Source: Candidatus Magasanikiibacteriota bacterium
GTDB taxonomy: Bacteria; Patescibacteriota; Patescibacteriia; Magasanikbacterales; UBA922
Assembly: GCA_903837125.1 (NCBI GenBank)
Contig: CAILTG010000025.1
Coordinates: forward strand, 1,340-65,339
Reading direction: 5' to 3'
DNA: 64,000 bases
A program made the translations under genes and the position numbers. Below are positions 57,291 to 64,000 of this stretch, one piece after another. Position 1 is the stretch's first letter; each line of letters begins with the position of its first letter. The notes beneath the pieces are model-generated. The model was not told the origin of the DNA and made no database searches. It saw nothing but the letters and a program-made list of their open reading frames with translations.

Positions 57291-59132
57291 ATGCGTAAGC
57301 AGTTTTTTATTTTTTTGTTGATCATGGTTCTAGGTCTAATTTTTTCTTGTTCTGGAGCAGCTAGAGTTGATGCCCTGGGAAAGGAAGGGTGCTATTGTAA
57401 ACTAGATACAAACAAACCTTCTACTTGGTTTGAATTAAATGAAACAGACTGTGCAAATACTACGGGTTGCACCTGGCAAGGTCCCAAAAGCAAACCATGT
57501 ACTCCTGTTGACGGTATTGAAGGTCAAGCAAGTTTAGATTGTTTAACAGGTCAAGTTTGTTTAAAAAATATTTGTGTCAATAAATCAAGTCCTCAAGCAA
57601 CTGCAGCTGCTTCAGCTGCCAATCCAGCTACTGCTTCTGGTGCTAGTTCTGCTGCCAGTTCTGCTGGTGGTCTCCAGAGACTTAATGTTAGCGGAGTGGA
57701 TGAGCGGTGTTGGACATTAGATGATTGTCAAAAAGAGAGAACGAGAATTGGAATTACAGTTGCTGATAATACTAATGAAAAGGCTTTGTATCAGGGTACA
57801 GACGCAGTGGCTGCTTGTGGCGGAACAGAAAATAAAGATATTCCTCCACAAAAAGTAGGTTTTTGTAGCCCAATTAGTCAGGCGACTACTGAAGTTAATT
57901 TTTATGGTAAAACTTCCTTCAACGGTATTGGTGATTTTTTACAATATACTTATAAATTAGTAATTATTTTGGCTGGGGTCTTGGCCGTGATTATGATTAT
58001 TATTGGCGGCATAGAGTGGATGACCTCTGGCGGCAGTCCAGACCGCATTACTCAGGGTAGAAAAAGAATTGGCGGAGCGATTGTTGGTTTGATTTTGGCT
58101 GTTACTTCTTATATGATTTTGTACCAGATTAATCCCTATATGGTTAATTTGCGTCCACCCCAAGCCTGGCTCATAAATCCACAAGCTTTTGTGCCAGCTG
58201 TTTGTGATGATATAGATACTAATTTAGCTTTTGCCTATAAAGGAGATGAACAGCCTAAACAAGATGCTTTGACACAACTTTACGGAAAAGTTGGTAAAGA
58301 TGATTATAAAGTAAAAAGTAAAACGGGTGCTTGCGGTAATTATTATTTCCCTCAAGGTGCCAATGCGCCGCGTGTTTGTGCAGGTACAGATTGTACTTGG
58401 AATGGAGAAGCAAACGTTTGTGCTCCAGGTGTTGCGTTTGATAGTAAGAATGACGGTTGTAAAGATAACACTAATTTATTATTAAAGCTTCATGTGGTTT
58501 CTTTTGAACAGCAGTTAGCTGGTGGAAGGACTTTTCTTGGTTGCTTTGCGAATGTAATAAAAGCCAAAGATGGTGCTTGGTTGCTTCCTCTTCCGGGACC
58601 TGATAATGCTTCATTATTAGCAGTATGTCGTCAAGGTGATGCTTGGAATATTGAAGGTGAGTGGGAACATTGGAGTTTTGTGAATGATATAGGAAAAGGA
58701 AAAGAACACGGTTTTTGGCATCCAAAAAAAGAACCAAATGCAACATTTTATAATTATTTTATAGGTTTTGGAGGATTAGCCAGTGTTAATAGTGAAAATC
58801 TTGCTTATACAGAAAGTAAATGGTGTGGTGATAATAAATTAATTGGTTTTTTTGTTTATTTTAAATTGAATATTGCCTGTGAAGTAGGTGGTGACAGATT
58901 TTGGGTTGGTTGTTCTACACCTGAATGTAAAACAGCGGTAGTTGGAAGTTTTTGCGATCAGGTGAATTGGCAAAATTATATTCCTTTGGCTAAGTTACAA
59001 AAAGGTCTGGTTTTGGATGTGCCCGTTGGTGAGGCAGCCATAAATTCAATTATAAAAAATGGTTCAACTTGGCTACAGAACACTTCTGTAAATGGTAAAT
59101 GTATTACAAAGGAAAATGAACCAAAAACATAA
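57291..59132 (+). CDS. Cys-rich CPR-type pilin-domain protein
   Basis: [19 protein letters not shown]...GAIVGLILA...INP pilin core flanked by Cys-rich domains. Confidence 0.75.
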   Translation: MRKQFFIFLLIMVLGLIFSCSGAARVDALGKEGCYCKLDTNKPSTWFELNETDCANTTGCTWQGPKSKPCTPVDGIEGQASLDCLTGQVCLKNICVNKSSPQATAAASAANPATASGASSAASSAGGLQRLNVSGVDERCWTLDDCQKERTRIGITVADNTNEKALYQGTDAVAACGGTENKDIPPQKVGFCSPISQATTEVNFYGKTSFNGIGDFLQYTYKLVIILAGVLAVIMIIIGGIEWMTSGGSPDRITQGRKRIGGAIVGLILAVTSYMILYQINPYMVNLRPPQAWLINPQAFVPAVCDDIDTNLAFAYKGDEQPKQDALTQLYGKVGKDDYKVKSKTGACGNYYFPQGANAPRVCAGTDCTWNGEANVCAPGVAFDSKNDGCKDNTNLLLKLHVVSFEQQLAGGRTFLGCFANVIKAKDGAWLLPLPGPDNASLLAVCRQGDAWNIEGEWEHWSFVNDIGKGKEHGFWHPKKEPNATFYNYFIGFGGLASVNSENLAYTESKWCGDNKLIGFFVYFKLNIACEVGGDRFWVGCSTPECKTAVVGSFCDQVNWQNYIPLAKLQKGLVLDVPVGEAAINSIIKNGSTWLQNTSVNGKCITKENEPKT

Positions 59133-59135
59133 ATT

Positions 59136-62000
59136 ATGACCGAACAAAACAAAATAATTATCAGAAATGCCCGAGTGCATAATTTAAAAAATGTTAGCTT
59201 GGACATTCCTAAAAACAAATTAGTAGTAATCACAGGGCTTTCCGGATCCGGAAAGTCCTCTTTAGCTTTTGATACTATTTATGCCGAAGGTCAACGTCGT
59301 TATGCGGAAAGTTTAAATGCTTATGCCCGGCAATTTATGGAAGTGCAAGATAAGCCGGATGTAGATGAAATTAAAGGCTTGTCACCGACTATTGCCATTG
59401 ATCAAAAAAGCACTTCACAAAATCCGCGTTCTACAGTGGGTACAGTTACTGAAGTGTATGATCATTTGCGCTTATTATTTTCTAGAGTTGGGGTGCAATA
59501 TTGTCCAGAGGATAGAATTCCGGTAAAAGGTTACACAGTTGGCGAAATTTCGGAAATACTCCGAAAAAAAGCCAGAGCCAGTAAAAGTGTGATAATTTTA
59601 TCACCAATATTTTCTGCTAGTGATCTTAAACCTAAAGAATTGTTAGCTCGTTTGGAACAAACCGGTTATGAAATAGTGCGTTTAAATGGCGTGTTAATGA
59701 AATTACCTGAGCTTTCCAAATATAAATTTAATGCCGGACATCATTATGAAGTAGAATTATTAATTGGTCGGATTATTGATATTAAAAAACAAGACCCTAC
59801 TTCTTTGGTTGATAAAACGGTTGATTTATCAAATGGGTCGGTGATAATTGTGGATGAAGAAACCGGTGAAGAAGAAACTTATTGTTTGCAAGCAGTTTGT
59901 AGCAAATGCAATCGGCATTTTGAGGCCATTGAACCGCGTACTTTTAGTTTCAATAGTCCTTATGGAGCTTGTCCGCGCTGTACTGGGTTGGGTCGAACAT
60001 TAGAAGTTGATCCAGAATTAGTGATTCCTAATAATCGTTTAACTTTGGCCGAAGGGGCAATTCAGCCTTGGACTAGAATTGTTGGTAATCAAGCTTATTA
60101 TCAAAAATTATTGGAAGTAGTAGCCGAAGCCCATGGTTTTTCAGTGCATACTTCGGTAAAGGATTTGGGTAATTCCGTAATGGATATTTTGTTGTATGGC
60201 ACTGACGGTCAAATTTATGAGGTGTCAGACTTCGCAGTTACGTCCGGCGGGGCAGGTAAAAAAGTGCAGTTTGAAGGGGTAATTCCCAATTTAACCCAGC
60301 GTCATGCGGAAACTGATTCTGATTATATTCGTAAAGAAATTGAACAGTACATGCGAGAAAAAATTTGTCCGGTTTGTAAAGGGCGAAGATTAAAAGCGGA
60401 GTCTTTAAATGTAAAAATTGCTGATTATTCTATTGCTGATATCGTGGAAATGAGTGTGGAAGAGGCTGATGTTTTTTTTAAGAATTTACAAAATAGCAAA
60501 TCCAAATTACAAGAAAAATTTAGCAAGCAACAAATGATGGTTTCACAGCCCATTGCTAAAGAGGTTTCAAAACGGATTGAGGATTTAATGAAAGTGGGTT
60601 TGTATTATTTAAGTTTGGATCGTTCTATTACTACCCTGGCTGGAGGTGAAGCCCAGCGGGTACGTTTGTCTACCCAACTTTCTACTGGACTGACTGGTGT
60701 GATTTATATTTTAGATGAGCCTTCAATTGGTCTGCATTCGCGTGATAATGATAAATTAATTACCACTTTAAAAGATTTGCGCGATAATGGTAATTCGGTG
60801 ATTGTGGTTGAACATGATCGAGCGATGATTGAAGCAGCTGATTATGTAATTGATGTCGGTCCGGGGGCTGGTGAGTATGGTGGAGAAATTTTGGCCGAAG
60901 GTAATTCGGTCCAAATTAGAAAAAACAGCAAGTCAATTACGGGAAGATATTTAAGTGGCAAAGATGAAATTCCACTTCCTAAAAAATTACATAAAGGTAA
61001 TAATCAAAAATTGGAAATTATTGGTGCCAAGGCTTTTAACTTAAAAAATATTGATGTGGAAATTCCTTTGGGTCGCTTGGTGTGTGTTACCGGTGTATCT
61101 GGTTCAGGTAAATCCACTTTAATTTCTGAAATTTTAGGCAAGGCTTTAAACAAACATTTTTATCGGGCGAAAGCCGAGCCGGCTGAGCATAAAAAAATTA
61201 AAGGTTTGTCCAATTTAGATAAAGTGATTGTGATTGACCAAACGCCGATTGGCCGTACTCCACGTTCCAATCCAGCCACTTACACCAATGTCTTTAGTTT
61301 AATTCGTGATTTGTTTACCGGTGTACCCGAGGCTAGAATGCGTGGTTATGATGCTGGTAAATTTAGTTTTAATGTTAAGGGTGGTGGACGTTGTGAGGCT
61401 TGCGCGGGCGAGGGTTATGTGCGCATTCCCATGCAGTTTTTATCTGATGTGTTTGTGGAGTGTGCTGAATGTTTGGGACAGCGTTATAATAATGAGGCTT
61501 TGGAAATTCATTATCGCGGAAAAAATATTGCTGATGTTTTAAATTTTACAGTAGAAGAAGCTTATAAATTTTTTAGTGATGTGCCAAGTATTGCTGATAA
61601 ATTGCAAATTCTTCGTGAAGTTGGTTTGGGTTATGTGCATTTGGGTCAACCAGCCACCACTCTTTCTGGCGGTGAGGCTCAACGGGTGAAATTAGCCACA
61701 GAATTATCTCGTCGCGCTACTGGTAAGACTTTGTATATATTAGACGAACCAACTACTGGACTTCATTTTGAGGATATCAAACGATTATTGCAAGTTCTTT
61801 ATGCTTTGGTAGACAAAGGCAATAGCATAATAATTATTGAGCACAATCTTGATGTGATTAAATGTGCTGATTGGGTGATTGATTTGGGTCCAGAGGGTGG
61901 AGAAAAAGGTGGTACAGTGGTGGCAGAAGGTATACCAAAAGACATAATGAAAGTTAAAAATAGCTGGACAGGAAAATATTTAAAAGAAGTTATGAAGTAG
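59136..62000 (+). CDS. uvrA: Excinuclease ABC subunit A
   Basis: [18 protein letters not shown], zinc fingers, LSGGEAQR. Confidence 0.98.
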   Translation: MTEQNKIIIRNARVHNLKNVSLDIPKNKLVVITGLSGSGKSSLAFDTIYAEGQRRYAESLNAYARQFMEVQDKPDVDEIKGLSPTIAIDQKSTSQNPRSTVGTVTEVYDHLRLLFSRVGVQYCPEDRIPVKGYTVGEISEILRKKARASKSVIILSPIFSASDLKPKELLARLEQTGYEIVRLNGVLMKLPELSKYKFNAGHHYEVELLIGRIIDIKKQDPTSLVDKTVDLSNGSVIIVDEETGEEETYCLQAVCSKCNRHFEAIEPRTFSFNSPYGACPRCTGLGRTLEVDPELVIPNNRLTLAEGAIQPWTRIVGNQAYYQKLLEVVAEAHGFSVHTSVKDLGNSVMDILLYGTDGQIYEVSDFAVTSGGAGKKVQFEGVIPNLTQRHAETDSDYIRKEIEQYMREKICPVCKGRRLKAESLNVKIADYSIADIVEMSVEEADVFFKNLQNSKSKLQEKFSKQQMMVSQPIAKEVSKRIEDLMKVGLYYLSLDRSITTLAGGEAQRVRLSTQLSTGLTGVIYILDEPSIGLHSRDNDKLITTLKDLRDNGNSVIVVEHDRAMIEAADYVIDVGPGAGEYGGEILAEGNSVQIRKNSKSITGRYLSGKDEIPLPKKLHKGNNQKLEIIGAKAFNLKNIDVEIPLGRLVCVTGVSGSGKSTLISEILGKALNKHFYRAKAEPAEHKKIKGLSNLDKVIVIDQTPIGRTPRSNPATYTNVFSLIRDLFTGVPEARMRGYDAGKFSFNVKGGGRCEACAGEGYVRIPMQFLSDVFVECAECLGQRYNNEALEIHYRGKNIADVLNFTVEEAYKFFSDVPSIADKLQILREVGLGYVHLGQPATTLSGGEAQRVKLATELSRRATGKTLYILDEPTTGLHFEDIKRLLQVLYALVDKGNSIIIIEHNLDVIKCADWVIDLGPEGGEKGGTVVAEGIPKDIMKVKNSWTGKYLKEVMK

Positions 62001-62013
62001 AAGTTTGATAATT

Positions 62014-62047
62014 AAAAAATAACCGCGTCAAACGCGGTTATTTTTTC
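62014..62047. terminator. Bidirectional terminator
   Basis: aaaaaataaccgcgt-caa-acgcggttattttt. Confidence 0.7.
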
Positions 62048-62654
62048 TTCTCTTTTTTATTTCTTGGTTTACTTCTTCCAGTTGAATATTTTTTTTGTTT
62101 AATAAAACAAAAAGATGATAAATCAAATCAACCGATTCGGAGATTAATCTTTTTTTGCTTTCTTTAATTGAAGCCTGAATAACTTCAGTGGTTTCTTCCA
62201 TAATTTTACCAATAATTTTGTTCGTACCACCTTGGAAAAGTTTGGCAGTGTAAGAATTTTCAGGTGAGGCCTTTTTACGGTTGGCAATGGTTTGATATAA
62301 TTCTCCCCAATAACCAATATCAGCAGAGGTTGGTTTTATTTTTGTCTGTGGTGCATCAAAACAAGAAACAAGATTAAGGTGACAGGTAGGGCCAGTAGGC
62401 TTGGCTTTAATAAGTATGGTATCGCGGTCGCAGTCAAAATATATTTCTTTAAGAAGTAAATAATTTTTGCTAGTTTCTCCTTTTAGCCATAAACGATTTT
62501 TAGAACGGCTAAAAAACCAGACTTTTTTGCTTTGTAGAGTTTTTTTGAGCGAGGTCTCGTTCATGTAGCCAAGCATAAGGATTCTGTTGGTGCTGGTGTC
62601 CTGGATAATGGCTGGTATTAAATTATTGTTTTTTGACCAATTTATTTTCTTCAT
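62028..62654 (-). CDS. hisIE: Bifunctional PR-AMP cyclohydrolase/PR-ATP pyrophosphohydrolase
   Basis: LWLKGETS, DCDRD, GPTCH, SYT, KIMEE, DLIYH. Confidence 0.95.
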   Translation of the reverse strand: MKKINWSKNNNLIPAIIQDTSTNRILMLGYMNETSLKKTLQSKKVWFFSRSKNRLWLKGETSKNYLLLKEIYFDCDRDTILIKAKPTGPTCHLNLVSCFDAPQTKIKPTSADIGYWGELYQTIANRKKASPENSYTAKLFQGGTNKIIGKIMEETTEVIQASIKESKKRLISESVDLIYHLFVLLNKKNIQLEEVNQEIKKRRKNNRV

Positions 62655-64000
62655 AGGCGTATATTAATATTATTATTTTGTAGGTATTTTTTTAATTTTT
62701 TTATACTTAGTTCACCAGAGTGGAATAAACTGGCGGCTAAAATTGCATCAGCTTGTCCTTTCTCAATTGCTGTCAGAAAATCTTCTTTTTTTCCAGCCCC
62801 ACTAGAAGCAATTATTGGCAGATTTACTGCCGAACCAATTGCCTGGAGTAATTTTATATCATAGCCAGATTTGGTGCCGTCTCTATCCAGACTATTGACC
62901 AAGATTTCACCGGCGCCGAGTTTAGCCATTTTTTTTGTAAAAACAATAGCATTTAATCCAGTAGCCTTGGTGCCACTATTTGTATATACTTCCCAGCTGT
63001 TATTTTTTCTTTTGGCGTCTAATGAAATCACTATACATTGCGAGCCAAATTGTTTGGCGGCTTGGGAAATTATTTTTGGATTTTTTACAGCAGCAGTGTT
63101 TAGTGCTATTTTATCAGCGCCGGCTAGGAGTAATTCACGGATATCACCGAGAGTTTTAATACCCCCACCAATAGTAAAAGGAATGTTTATTTCTTTGGCG
63201 ACACGCTTGGCTAGTTCAATTTGAGTTTTTCTTTTTTGGACAGTAGCACTAATATCTAAAAAAACTAGTTCATCGGCTCCGTCTTTATTATATTTTTTAG
63301 CCAAGGCGACCGGATCGCCGGCGTCTTGGAGATTTTTGAATTTAATTCCTTTTACTACTCGGCCGTTATTGATATCCAAGCAGGGGATAACACGTTTGGT
63401 TAAGTTGTTGCTTAAAGTAATTTTATTTTCATAAAGGGCTTTGCCGACTACAGCACCAAGGCAGCCTATTTTTTTAAGATTTTTTAAATCTTTGTTATTG
63501 GCAACGCCACCTGCTGCAATAATATTGAATTTTTGTTTTAATATGGTTTTAATTAGGGTGAGGTTTGGTCCGTTTAAGGTACCATCTTTTTGTTTGTCAG
63601 TCACTAATAAAGTAGTTACGCCGGTTTGTTTTAATTTTTTTAATATAGTTTTTATAGAAATTGAATTTATTACTTGCCAGCCATTAGTGACGAGCTTACC
63701 TTTATCAGTATCAATAGCGACTATTATTCTTTCTGTACCGAATTTACTAATCAATTTTTTAATCATTGTTTGATTGTTTATAACTACTGTTCCAAGAATA
63801 ATTTTTTTAACACCTTGCTCAAGGTAGTTGGCAGCAATTTGATAATTTCTAATGCCGCCGCCTACTTGCACAGGTATATTAATATTTTTGGCAATTTTGA
63901 TGATAGTGTCCATATTTACAGGCTGGCCAGTTTTAGCACCATCTAAATCTATAATATGCAAACTAAGCGCTCCTTCTTGAACAAAGCGTTTGGCTGTTTT
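62651..64000 (-). CDS. HisA-HisF fusion protein (start beyond window end)
   Basis: HisA motifs [28 protein letters not shown], then HisF motifs [35 protein letters not shown]; frame open to 64000. Confidence 0.9.
   Translation of the reverse strand, partial: KTAKRFVQEGALSLHIIDLDGAKTGQPVNMDTIIKIAKNINIPVQVGGGIRNYQIAANYLEQGVKKIILGTVVINNQTMIKKLISKFGTERIIVAIDTDKGKLVTNGWQVINSISIKTILKKLKQTGVTTLLVTDKQKDGTLNGPNLTLIKTILKQKFNIIAAGGVANNKDLKNLKKIGCLGAVVGKALYENKITLSNNLTKRVIPCLDINNGRVVKGIKFKNLQDAGDPVALAKKYNKDGADELVFLDISATVQKRKTQIELAKRVAKEINIPFTIGGGIKTLGDIRELLLAGADKIALNTAAVKNPKIISQAAKQFGSQCIVISLDAKRKNNSWEVYTNSGTKATGLNAIVFTKKMAKLGAGEILVNSLDRDGTKSGYDIKLLQAIGSAVNLPIIASSGAGKKEDFLTAIEKGQADAILAASLFHSGELSIKKLKKYLQNNNINIRL

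Noticed and set aside
6124-63946. Remaining short ORFs nested in or antisense to annotated genes
   Set aside because: No recognisable motifs; fully overlap well-supported CDSs

Overview
AT-rich (roughly one-third GC by eye) bacterial chromosomal window using genetic code 11, mostly + strand genes. Gene content, TrmB paralogs, Cys-rich pilin/surface proteins, SD-less starts and short intergenic repeats point to a Patescibacteria/CPR genome (Magasanikbacteria-like; inference). It holds housekeeping genes (rmuC, rpsT, holA with an in-frame stop, polA, class A PBP, lgt, xth, gmk, rplS, uvrA), four tRNAs (Cys, Ile-UAU, Arg-CCG, Ser-CGA), a surface-protein cluster with an LVIVD fibre, a Zur-ZIP module, a carbon/amino-sugar cluster (glpX, aldolase, GlmU N-domain only, 2-oxoacid oxidoreductase, glmS, YvcK, GNA1-like GNAT), RNA modification genes, adenosine kinase-ahcY, and a HisA-HisF fusion with hisIE. 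Best leads: (1) a ~60% GC secreted beta-barrel-like gene with its own hairpin/boxA/SD leader, divergent from a TrmB gene with candidate operators; (2) a possible hybrid eukaryote/Mimivirus-like UDP-GlcNAc route; (3) the HisA-HisF fusion; (4) palindromic elements inserted in frame in core genes; (5) tRNA-Ile(UAU). All family assignments are from motif recognition by eye; no searches were run. No CRISPR array, rRNA, integrase, transposase or reverse transcriptase was seen.
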